From positions 14,515,653 to 14,579,652 of the forward strand of contig NC_134028.1 of NCBI RefSeq assembly GCF_964204645.1: a DNA stretch of 64,000 bases. Reading direction: 5' to 3'. The first letter of the stretch is position 1. Every line of letters starts with the position of its first letter. The notes below the pieces were generated by a model. The model did not search any database. It was not told the DNA's origin and saw nothing but the letters and a program-made list of their open reading frames with translations. The position numbers were made by a program, and so were the translations under genes. The stretch is from Tubulanus polymorphus. Its lineage: Eukaryota; Animalia; Nemertea. This document shows positions 1 through 11,195 of this stretch, piece after piece.

Positions 1-2504
1 AAACAACCTATAATAGTATAGTTTTGTTCGTGGATATCAATACTTCGAAAAATCAACAGCGGTTTATTTATTTACTGTACCAGTACGCGTTTTCTTAATT
101 GAATTGAATTGGTCCGGTCCAAAAGGCGAGTCATACTAGTTGCCGTCAGAAAATGTCAGCATCGGTGATACCTTGTTATCGTCGATATTAAACGGTCTAA
201 AGTCAGTTTATACATCACCTACATTACAAATTGGAGGTCCCTTGTACATGTACGTCACACATCGTGACGCAGCGGCGATGTAATGTCATAGGAGAACAAA
301 GTCAGTTGAAAATACCTACCCACTGCACCGATAAAGAATGATTGCTAGCCAGAAACCAGTTACAGTCTGGTGAGTGACATGGAGAGTGATGGTACCGTTC
401 GTGATTACGTTTTTATAATGGTTATTGGACGTCAATTTCTTATGTGAATTGTTGTCCCCATCTGATCGCTTGACTTGTCAGACTGACTTGTCACTCCTCT
501 ACTAATAGTAACACCATAAGGCCTTCCCTCCTGCATAGTGATACGCCGATCACAATCCTCTCCTTAGTCGTTAATTAATAAAAGCAATAATCGGTCCCTG
601 GCGAGAGAACGTGTCCGCGTACAAACCCAAGTAAAACTAGAATACCGGAAATTTTGAATGGATATAACAATACAAGATGAATTTATTTACCTTGATATTC
701 AACACAGTTCTCCAGTTCTACACAATCCAAATCCTAGCTCTAAATTCCTATTGCACTCTCCTGTTCGTAACCCGTCCTGAATCAAGTCCCAGACCAGCTT
801 TTAACAAGTATCTACGAGTGTCTCCCGAGTGACTGCTCTCTCAAGATGCGGATCCCTTTTATAGAAAGAATCGGCATTCTTAAAATACCGACTCTCCCAC
901 TCGACTTTTGGCAAGGAGCAGCAACCTTACTGTCATGACTGTTTTGGTCATATAGAATTTGGCCTTAAATGATTCGCTGATCTAAAATTATTTGAGAAAC
1001 TGATTTGCTAAACCAACTTTTTCCTTCCAACCCTCCTGTCATGACGCGGAATGATTTATTCACTCCTTGCTTATCATCGTTGAGAAAACAGCTACTCTCA
1101 GCGAGTTACCAACAGACGTATACAACAAGAGAAACTTTAGAGAGCTAGTATTATCATTTAACACAAATTAATTTTCTTAAAACTTTAGCGATTATAGAGA
1201 CTTTGTTCTCATTTAACATCTAGGATATTCAAATTAAATATATTTTTGAAACTATAGTATTTGTCTCAGATTACGGTACCACTGATTATTTCTTTTTGAA
1301 TTACTATAAATACTTTTGATTCGGAACTTCATTATGATCCCCCATCTCTCTTAAGATCATTCTATAACTGTTATACTAAATAAATTTGATTACAATGCGG
1401 GATAAAGCAAAACAACAATATCTCCCCGTACTTCCGTTTTTCTTTTTATAGAAAGTAGTCGGGAGTATCATGAAGTAACAGCGTGATTCTTTCACCAGCC
1501 GCATAATAAATGCAACCCATTGTTCCGACCAAATACGGTTCCGTCTATTCTTAAGTTTATAAAAAGATTTCTGAATGTTTGCCAGATAACGCAGCAGAAG
1601 AACCGAGAAAGAATTATTTTTACACCAGGCTGATTTATGGTCAGCGCTGATAGATCAAAGCATCAAACGACAACCTGCTTACTACATCTTACTACGTTTG
1701 TTGTCTGAAACCATTAATAACCACCAACGCATTCAGGAAATCAACATTACAAACATTTTTAGCTACTACGAAATCTTGCTGCGGATCAATAGTTTACCCT
1801 ATAGGCCAAATTTGTGCTTTGGGCCAAATTCGGGTTTCTTATCTAGTCAACTTTTTTTCGGAACTAATAATAACCGAATATGCGCTTAAACTGTCACTAG
1901 GGAATGGTAAAAACACCGTAGCTTCGTTCTTCTCGATGTTATTTCCCCCAAAACCTGGCACATAGTACTTTGCGCGTAGTAGCACATGAGCTAAGTAGCA
2001 CATGTGGGTCAACATATCCATGTTGTGAGTTGACTCCTAGGTGGCACTCTTTCAAAAAAACGGAATGTAACGAATTGATTTCGGGTGAAATCTTTGCTCG
2101 CATCCCTGAACGACATTCTATCCAGGAAGGCAGAAACCCGTTATCGCTGCTTGCAGCTATATTAATTAATTTTTTCCACACTTCTTTTGTCAAAAGTACA
2201 TAGGCTTCTTTACGTTACCGCTGTTGCCGATACAATCCGGCTGATATCATTCAGCTCACTTCGATCTACAAGTACTCAATGCGAATTTTTAAGAATCAAC
2301 GTTACAAAAACACTATCGGGCCGTAAACATCGAAAATTGAGCCCCATTCAAAGAGCCGACATGTTTTTCTAAGTCGTCTTTCCGAAATCTACCGCACGTT
2401 TTTTGTCACGTCGATTATCAATTCAAGCATAAATTAACAAATTTATTACCCAGATTGCACATTCCGTCGCGGTTTTTAAAAACTAATTTTAACAATAGCC
2501 CATT

Positions 2505-2654
2505 AGTAATAGGGTTTTAGTTGTTCTATACCAAAGGTCGAAGGGTCGAGCTCGTGAAAAATAAAAATAAATTCTCGCACGCTCGAATTTATTTTTATTT
2601 TTTACTCACTCGACCCCTCAACCTTTGTTATAGAACAACTAAAACCCTATTACT
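2505..2654. repeat. 150-bp imperfect palindrome (copy 1)
   Basis: agtaatagggttttagttgttctatac...tatagaacaactaaaaccctattact, with central loop ttctcgcacgctcgaa. Confidence 0.9.
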
Positions 2655-2713
2655 CTTAAAATATTTATCTATTAACTTCTAAAATCAATTTTAATAAAAA
2701 ATTTGATATTAAA

Positions 2714-3407
2714 ATGGAGACAGAACAATCACAAACTATCAATATTACAAATAGTGTTGTTAATATTTATCATAAGAAATGTTCAAAATGTGAATTGAAT
2801 AAACGTTACACAATATTACACTAAGAAAGATGGTTTAAGAAATAATTGTAAAACATGTTGGAAACAGAATAATAAAACCTATTTTACAAATCACCCAGAT
2901 TATATGACAGAATATATGAGAGAATGGAGAAATAATAATCGTGAACATTATAATGATTACAGTAATAATTATCGAAAAGAAAGATATCCAACAGATCTTA
3001 ATTTTAAATTGAAGCAATGCTTAAGTTCTAGATTAACACAATTATTCAACAAAGAAACGCATTCAGCAACACTATCTAATTTGTTGGGTTGTACACATGA
3101 ATTCTTAAAATCATGGATTGTATATCAATTCGACGATAAAATGAATATAGATAATTATGGTGAATACTTCCACATTGATAACGTGTTGCCGATTTCTAAA
3201 TTTGACATGAGTGATGATTATAATAAGAAGCTAATCTGGAGCTGGAGAAATTTAAGACCTTAAGAAAAGAAGGAAAATATAATTAAATCTAATAAACTAG
3301 ATTTACTGTTATATTTAGATCAACTGGTTAAAGCAAAGACATTTTTTGAATTATGGAATAGTAGTTCACAGAATCAACCGCATTCTGAGGTTTTAATCAG
3401 TGGTTAG
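2714..3407 (+). pseudogene. Zn-ribbon plus HNH-like endonuclease of the type common in large DNA viruses
   Basis: N-terminal CSKC...CKTC, frameshifted near 2810. ORF 2904-3263 has MNIDNYGEYFHIDNVLPISKFD and WSWRNLRP. Reading continues in frame past the TAA as EKKENIIKSNK to TAG 3407. Confidence 0.7.
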
Positions 3408-3710
3408 AAATCTGGCAACTCTTATTTGAGGTCTGTATGTATATAGTTGATTACAAAAACATCTGTCGCTTGATCGAACGTGCTCTTTCAATTGCAAGGA
3501 ATTAATTAATTTCATCATAAAAAAACAACTGTCACCATCCAGGCAAACGTACAGAAATAATCAGCTTGGTCAAACGTGCGCCGCGTTAACAGTTAGAAAT
3601 CAACATTCACATATACAGAACGCATAGGATATTGTCTCTCAAAACACAGTTAACAGTTCTAAATCTACATGTAAGTACCGTTTTTGTAGTTATTATGAAG
3701 TAGGGAAACC

Positions 3711-4126
3711 TACGGAAGCGATAAGGGGCCTCGAGTTGTCACGTTCCAACTCGACAAGTCGCCATATTTATGTCGACATATCGCGATATATCGCGTCAAG
3801 TCGACATGAATATGTCGACATATCGTGACGTTTTCACGACAAATTTCGATTTTTCGCCCATTTTCCACGGGACAAGCCGTCATTTGAAGACATGTGTAAA
3901 TGTAAGATGAGGACACCAGTAATATGACGACTGAGTTTCAAGTCGTCATGAATATGTCGACTTGTCGCGAGGAAAGTCGTCGAGAAAACGAAATATGTGG
4001 TGAAAACGTCACGATATATCGACATATTCATATCGACTTGACGCGATATATCACGGTATGTCGACATAAATATGACGACTTGTCGACTTGGAACGGGACA
4101 TCTCGAGGCCCCTTATCGCTTCCGTA
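3711..4126. mobile_element. Foldback MITE with TACGG...CCGTA termini (IS3EU-like)
   Basis: Nearly fully palindromic. 6-bp direct repeat gaaacc at 3705-3710 and 4127-4132. Confidence 0.8.
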
Positions 4127-4187
4127 GAAACCTTCAAACATATTTTTAAGTACAGTAATTCATTTTCACGACATCTTTTAGATTAAA

Positions 4188-4940
4188 ATGGAATACAGAG
4201 ATTCCAAGCCAGAAATTCCAAGCCAACCATCGGAAGAGGAACCAATGCCGATGGACAGTTATTCACAGGATTCAACAGAAATGGGGGAAGGAACTCAAGT
4301 TATTGACAATCAAACGTTAAACAAATTACAAAAACATTTGGATTATCATAACGAAATGGTGAAAATGCTGGGTGACGTATTTCGTAATAAACAATTACCA
4401 CGCGAACCACAATTACCACAATTACCAACAACAAACCTGAAATTGTTGTTGGGACTCAATGAATCTGAATTGTCGGGACTCGAGAAATTGAAAATGAGTG
4501 GAGAAGAGTTGAATAAGTTTTTAAAATCAAAATTAATTATTGAAACAGAACATTTAAACTTCCCAGAAATACGAAGTGAAGAAGTTAATTCATTTGATAA
4601 AATTACTAATATATTAAAAATAAGTTATAAGACGATATTGAAAAGAAAAGCAAATCACTTATGGGATCACATCATTTTCGGGAGTTATTTGAATATAGGG
4701 TTTGAATTTTTGGATAAAGAAACTGAGGGGAATTTCTTGGGGGGGGGGGGCTTGGGTTAAAAAGAACATAGAAATCAGCACCAGTTATGAAAGAAAACTG
4801 AGAAGAGTGGGAAGATTGATAAAATATGAAAAATTCCGATTATTAAGTTTAACATTTAGTGAAGTTGTCAACTATTTGCGAGAAATTGAAGAAATGATTG
4901 AAAACGATTAGTAATTAAAGAGTTCTGGACGAAATTATGA
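4188..4940 (+). pseudogene. Polinton-associated hypothetical protein, frameshifted at a G12 run (4739-4750)
   Basis: ORFs 4188-4760 and 4702-4911 join across the poly-G (WVKKNIEISTSYERKLRRV). Starts at TAAAATG. Confidence 0.6.
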
Positions 4941-6582
4941 ATTATAACGCTGAAGACCTTGTAATATAGATATCAACAAGAAAATTAATTTTAGAAAATT
5001 ATTTGACGCCTGCGAAAAAAATGTATAATTTCTGGGCTAAGCTAATGTGGAATTGCAAATTTGAAATCGAAGTTTTAAGAAATTTGGGGAATGATGAGAT
5101 TTGGCGATTGGGTAGATGATACAGCGGGTCTTCGACTCTAGTAGTGGTTTAAATTTTTTTATTGAAAATTCTAAATAATTGATCGCGAACTTGCGACCGA
5201 CTTCATTTACTTATGCCTCTAAGCTGGTCTGCAACTTCATTGCCTCCATGGTTGAAGAACGAGCTCTTCTGATGTCTGCTTCATCATGACTTCGAGCATA
5301 TCGTGTGGCCTAGCCAGCCGGCCCGGGCCTCGGGTTTGGCTGTCACTCGATATCCTAGAGTCTTGAGTCTGGGCGGGTTGAAGTAGACATTGTCATTTAA
5401 AATAACATGCTTATGTTGTTCTGTATGAATTACCCGTGTGTCATGTATGTTGTATTAATTTATTTTAAAATTTGTATTTATTGAATTTGGGAATTTTATC
5501 CCGAAATTTCAATGTAATAAGGATCAATAAAGAATAGAATTGAATTGTCACCTAATACACATGCCATCAGAGGACGCGGAGCCGTATATGATAGCTATGC
5601 TATTATAAATTGCTAATCTCACGAAACCTGCATACTCCTAATATCAAACATATTTTCTAAAACGTTTGAATATTGAAATTATATGTTTACACATTTTCAT
5701 ATTGACCGCTTGTAGCCGCTGATGAAATTCACGCCGGCCCTACACACATCGTAGATAGCTTCGTCATTCCACCGGCATGCCCACGTCAGGGTCTGACTTT
5801 TATATCAGACTTCCAAATCGTGTATACATCCGCCATTTAACCGAATAATCCGATTTACTTATCATTTCTATTTATGCCTGCCGCTTCTGATATAATCATA
5901 CATCCTTTACTATTACAATACGTCTTCTAATGATATTCAATGCAATATAACATTTCGACGTTCAAATATAGGTCATTATATAATCACAGGAAGCCATTCT
6001 ACATCTATGTCAATAATATTTTGCCAGATAGCTTATTAGTGTACACATAGACCTGTGACGTTTTGCACATCGATATACGGCTGTCGTTTGTAAAATGACG
6101 CTGAATGGTTAACATTGTTTAGGTTTCATAATGGTAACGTTTTATAAGGCGTCAAAAAATGTATTCTTGATTGTGTATATCTGCTTTAACATTGTATTGT
6201 TATGTATTAGTCGTTCGGTTGTTATTAATGGTGACGGCTGTTCTGTATTGATTGGTTACAGTTCTATGTTTGAATCTTATAGTTTACAGAATGAATTATA
6301 TAATTGACGAATGCGTGCTGAGCAAAAGCGGTCTTCTAGGACCGCTTCTCTATTGTTCTCCATTGTTCTATCATCGATCGCTTCAATTTGCATAATTAAT
6401 ATATGCGTTTATGAAATAGTATTTCCACCAGTCGTTGCTTTGAATTGATTTTCAGTTGAGGATTTATTATCGAGGATCCGAAATGACTTATCTGGACAGT
6501 TATATTAACTGCTCCTAATAGATAGACAAAAGTAGTGAGATAATCTAAATCCTAAGTATCAAAAAAACAATAACTTTAACTA

Positions 6583-6935
6583 GCTAGTGAATTCTATTAT
6601 ATTTTTAATATTTTCTTTAAGCAATTCTAATTGAAGCTAGATTGAATAGATTTTGATAAGATTTGAATAAAAATTACATATCTTCAAATAGATAGTGGAT
6701 TCTATTATATTTTTAATATTTTCTTTTGCAATTCTAGTTAACACTAGATTGAATAGATTTGAATAAAAAAAACAATAACTTCAAATAGATAGTGAATTCT
6801 ATTATATTTTTATTCAAAATCTATCATTTCTTTTCAAAAGGAGAATACTTTATATTTTGAATAGATTTGAATAAGAATTCTTTAACTTCAAATAGCTAGT
6901 ATTTAAAATTATTTAACTTTAACGAGCTAGTATTA
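6583..6935. repeat. AT-rich degenerate direct repeats (~100-bp spacing) upstream of ORF 6971
   Basis: tagtg(a/g)attctattatattttt and gaatagatttgaataa each recur 3-4 times. Confidence 0.6.
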
Positions 6936-6970
6936 AAATATAATATTTTTTTCACTTTTCTCTAATATAA

Positions 6971-7546
6971 ATGTCAAAGAAATCAAGTAAAAATAATACC
7001 GAAATTGAAAAGACAATTGAGGATTTAGGTATTACAGATAATAAAGATACAGTTGTTTCTAATTGTGTTCAAAATGATAATAATATTGATTTTGAATACT
7101 ATTTGACATGGAAGCACCATCTTGAGTTACTAATTGCTAGCGGCAAATGTAATGAGTTTATTGGCAAAATTATAACTTTTCAAGAATTAGATAACATGAA
7201 ACCAGATAAAGTAATAAAACATTTCAAGATATATGAAGAAGCTAGATTAGCCAGAATAAATGACTCTATCAGTGATGGAATAGTAAAATGTTACTCTAAA
7301 TTATGTAACCGGATTATACCAATTAATGATGAAAATAAATTATATAGTGATTTAAAAAATGACTACTTCGTTATGACAGAATTACAAAAATGGGTTGGAT
7401 ACGCTTCATTTCAATTAGGAGGAATAATGACATTGATTTCTACTGGAGTTATAACATTTTCTAACATCAAACCTATAGAATACAAAGATAAAAATAAATC
7501 AGAAGATATTGAATCAGAACAAAAATTAACTAAAATAAATGAGTGA
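6971..7546 (+). CDS. Polinton hypothetical protein, 191 aa
   Basis: Intact AT-rich ORF starting at TAAATG with a hydrophobic C-terminal segment; overlaps the next ORF start. Confidence 0.65.
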   Translation: MSKKSSKNNTEIEKTIEDLGITDNKDTVVSNCVQNDNNIDFEYYLTWKHHLELLIASGKCNEFIGKIITFQELDNMKPDKVIKHFKIYEEARLARINDSISDGIVKCYSKLCNRIIPINDENKLYSDLKNDYFVMTELQKWVGYASFQLGGIMTLISTGVITFSNIKPIEYKDKNKSEDIESEQKLTKINE

Positions 7547-7896
7547 CGATATAAAGAAGAAGCCTAGATCTGAAAAACAAGTACAAAGGAGTTGGGTAAA
7601 AGATCTTCTGAGTTAAAAAGAGCTAAGAAAAAGAAATTAACTGATATAAATGAATCACCTGATATTGATTCAAATAATAATCCATCTAATGCTTCTAATG
7701 CTGGAAGTAATAATAATAGAATAAATTATGTATAACAATTGGATTAGTAACAGTTATTATATTCTCCGGTGTAATATATAAATATAAGTATAAATCTGAT
7801 GATAAAGATGATGATAATAATAAACCTATTGTACCAGAAAATAAATCAAATGATTAAGTCATTGAAACTAAATCAAGATTATTATTAATGGATTAA
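7539..7896 (+). pseudogene. Small frameshifted Polinton ORF (MSDDIKKKPRSEKQ...)
   Basis: TAAATG start overlapping the upstream stop; basic N-terminus; closely packed before the integrase. Confidence 0.4.
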
Positions 7897-7902
7897 AATA
7901 AG

Positions 7903-9550
7903 ATGAAAAAGGAACAATATTTCAGAGAGTTATATTATAACCCAGAGAGTGAAGTATCATATTCCTGCGTTACAGAATTATGGGATAAAATTAAATCTGA
8001 TAAAGAAAATATAAAATATAGTGAATTAAGATTATGGTTACAAAATTAACCAACATATCAAATCCATAAGAAAATGGATAAAAATTATTCAACAAGAAAA
8101 GTTATGGTTTCATATATCGATCAACAATGGCAAGCAGATTTAATTGACAAGAAGAACATAGAAGAACACAACAAAGGATATTTCTGGATACTGAATGTTA
8201 TAGATATATTCAGTAGATACGCACGGTCAATTCCAATCAAAAACAAAACTGGTATAGAAGTTACTAATGCTTTTAAATCAATATTTAAAGAAGCTATTCC
8301 AGATAAGATACAATTTGATGAAGGTAAGGAATTCTATAATAAACATTTTAAAAAACTAATATCTGAAAACAGTATGGAATATTTTTCAACAAATTCAGAT
8401 AAAAAAGCATCTATCATAGAAAGATTTAATAAAACATTGAAACATAGAGAACGCTCGTTCTCTATTAGTATAGCAGCCCAAAGCTCTGGAATTCTTTACA
8501 ATCAACATCCGAAATAGTTCATCTCTTTATAGTTGCAAGCACAATCTCAAGAAGCAACTCATGTCAACCTATTAATCAACATCTAAAATCTTGAGCAAAC
8601 CAAAATACTATAAATGTGTAGAAATTTATTTTATGCAGAAATGCTTACCTTTTTAAGGATTATATCTCATTCGTCGAAATGGGAGGACTTTTCTATTCTT
8701 CTTAAATTAGCCCGTTAATCAGTAACAGTCTACCATCAATTAATCCCATGACTAGTTTATGCTATAACATAGAATTTTGCATCCTTCTCATTATCCAAAT
8801 AGTATCATTCCATCATTCTCAATGTTCCTTCTTTTCATAATTGCATTTTTTTTAATTTGCTCCAGGGCCTCGGCTTGACAATCACTTCATGATTTCTGAG
8901 GTCCTGATGATTGTCATGCATTATACATAAACATTTTGTAACAATTATGTATTTATATTTGTATCATGATAATCATCAAATATATCAAATCAAAACAAAT
9001 CAAATCTAGAATGTGGAAATATTTTACTGTTAATGAAACATATGAATATATCGATGTGTTAGATGATTTAGTGAAAGGTTATAATAATTCTAAACATTCA
9101 AGTATTGGTATGAAACCGATACAAGCTAGAAAAGAAGATAATTCAGAAATAGTTTGGAATGATTTATATGGAGCATTTCTTACACATGATTTTGGAGAAC
9201 CAAAATTAAAAATAGGACAACATGTAAGAATATCTAAATATTGAAAAACATTTTACAAAGGTTATACTCCAAATTTTACCGAAGAAATATTCAAAATTAA
9301 AAAGATAATATTAACTAAACCATTTGTTTATAAATTTGAAGATCTAAAAGATGAAGAAATATTATGTTATTTCTATGAACAAGAATTATCACTTGTACCA
9401 AACCCAGATGAAATAGAATATAAAATAGAAAAAGTATTGAAAACAAAAACTCTTGAAGGAAAAAAGTATTCTTTAGTGAAATATAAAGGATATGATGATA
9501 AATTTAATGGATGGATTTTATCTAGTGAAATTAAAAGAATAAATGAATAA
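7903..9550 (+). pseudogene. Polinton rve-type DDE integrase with C-terminal chromodomain
   Basis: ELYYNP...WLQN*PTYQIHK, QWQADLID, VIDIFSRY, QFDEGKEF, ERFNKTLK|SRMWKYFT, YNNSKHSSIGMKP. Ends YKIEKVLKTKTLEGKKYSLVKYKGYDDKFNGWI. Split by an insertion at ~8443-9004. Confidence 0.9.
8443..9004 (+). mobile_element. 5'-truncated LINE (CR1/L2-like) 3' end inserted in the integrase
   Basis: Degenerate ORF2 C-terminus (RSFS..AA.KLWNSL..NIRNSSSL, read across frameshifts), a 3'UTR stem-loop and an (aaatc)n tail. The integrase reading resumes directly after it. Confidence 0.7.
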
Positions 9551-10156
9551 AGATTTATTTATATTGAAACCACATGATATGTTAGTTACTGGAGTGACCA
9601 ACTGTGGTAAAGCACATTTCATATTAGATTTATTAGAAACTATTTATAAGAATCATTTTGATAAAATAATATTATTCTGTCCTACTTATGAAATGAATAA
9701 AACATATAATAGAGATCTAGTTAAGATAAAAAAAGTTTATTATATTAGATCCTAAAACAGTGAAAGAAAATTTAGATAATTGTATAAAAATAGCAATTGA
9801 TATTTATAATGGTTCAAATACATTATTCATTATAGATGATTGCGCTAATTTACATGATTTAAAAGTTGGAGAAAGTGAGTTATGTTATCTAGCTGTCCTT
9901 GGGGAGACATTTTGGGATAACAACATGGGTTTGAAATCAAAAATATAATTCAATTGTTAAAGACTTTAAAGAGAATATTACATTTTTAGTATTATTCGAC
10001 AATAAAGATAGAAAATCTATGCAACAATCATTGGAAGAAAATCAAATAAAACCTACTGAATTACATGATGAATATATGAATAAATTAAAGAATAATAAAG
10101 GTTCCAAATTACTTCTGAAGCTTTAATTTCCTTATGAATATAAATTTATAAAATAA
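9543..10156 (+). pseudogene. A32/FtsK-like genome-packaging ATPase
   Basis: Walker A-like LVTGVTNCGKAH, IILFCPT and Walker B LFIIDD. Broken by frameshifts and stops. Confidence 0.82.
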
Positions 10157-10164
10157 GGCATTTT

Positions 10165-10460
10165 AAGCATTTATATATTAGATACGTATTAGATACCTTA
10201 ATACGTATTAGGTACGTATTAGGTACGTATTAGATACATTTATACTTAAAACCCCCTTTTTAAAAATACATTATTTATTTCAATTTTCAACTAATATATT
10301 TTTATTTTTTCAACTAAGTTTGAAAATAATAAAGGTTATTTAGATTAATACATATTAGATACATAAATACTTAAATACGTATTAGATACGTATTAGATAC
10401 CTAAATGCTTAAAACCCCTTTTTTATTAACTATTATTTTATACCATTTTCAACTATTATT
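10165..10460. repeat. Short tandem/direct repeats (tattagatacg; cttaaaaccccttttt) between ORFs
   Basis: Two similar blocks at ~10175-10300 and ~10350-10460. Confidence 0.6.
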
Positions 10461-10677
10461 TTATGTGAATGTGAGATAATTATCATCATTTTCATCATCA
10501 TCCTCCAATTCATCATCAGACTCTAACAATCTATTAAACCTATCTACTGGATCATCATAAGTTTCTTCATTATAATCCTTTTTCATCCTATCTACCGCAT
10601 CATTAATAGTTACTACTTTACGTTTCGTCCAATCTGTATCTATATAATCTTCATTATCAATATGCTTTATGCTTATC

Positions 10678-10963
10678 AGTAATAGGGGTTTAGTTGTTCT
10701 ATACCAAAGGTCGAACGGTCGAGCTCGTAAAAATGAAAAACATGAAAAACATGAAAATAATAACAATTTCTACTTGAATTAGTCGCGAAACTCATAAAAA
10801 TGAAAAATAATTCTCACACGCTCGAATTTATTTTTCATTTTTTATGAGTATCACTCCTAATTCAAGTAGAAATTATTATTACTTTCATATTTTTCATGTT
10901 TTTCATTTTTTTACTCACTCAACCGTTCGACCTTTAGTATAGAACAACTAAACCCCTATTACT
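10678..10963. repeat. 286-bp imperfect palindrome (copy 2)
   Basis: Same outer arms and central loop as 2505-2654, with extra internal arm segments. Confidence 0.9.
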
Positions 10964-11195
10964 CTTAAAATATTTATATATATGAATAACATTTAAATTG
11001 ACAGATTATTCAATATAAAAGTGTGAGCTCTTATAGAATAGATATATAGGTATATTTTAAACATTATTTCAATATTTATATTTGTATGAGTTAGATTTTT
11101 AAACATTAAAAGCGTTAGTAAAGTGTGGTTGAAATAACAAATATATAAATCATTGAACTTCTAAAATCAATTTTAATAACAAATTTAGTATTAAA

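Noticed and set aside
590-1150. Possible solo LTR (minus-strand TATA near 860, AATAAA near 685)
   Set aside because: No partner LTR, PBS, TSD or coding sequence could be found.
3710-4127. Mirror-image ORFs on both strands
   Set aside because: By-products of the palindromic MITE.
10461-10766. Acidic 101-aa minus-strand ORF
   Set aside because: Its N-terminus is read from the palindrome and there is no true ATG. The acidic part could be a gene remnant but cannot be supported.
2505-10963. Palindromes as the Polinton terminal inverted repeats (AGT...ACT ends)
   Set aside because: Each is self-contained, they are in direct orientation, copy 2 is internal between ATPase and PolB, and no 6-bp TSD is present.
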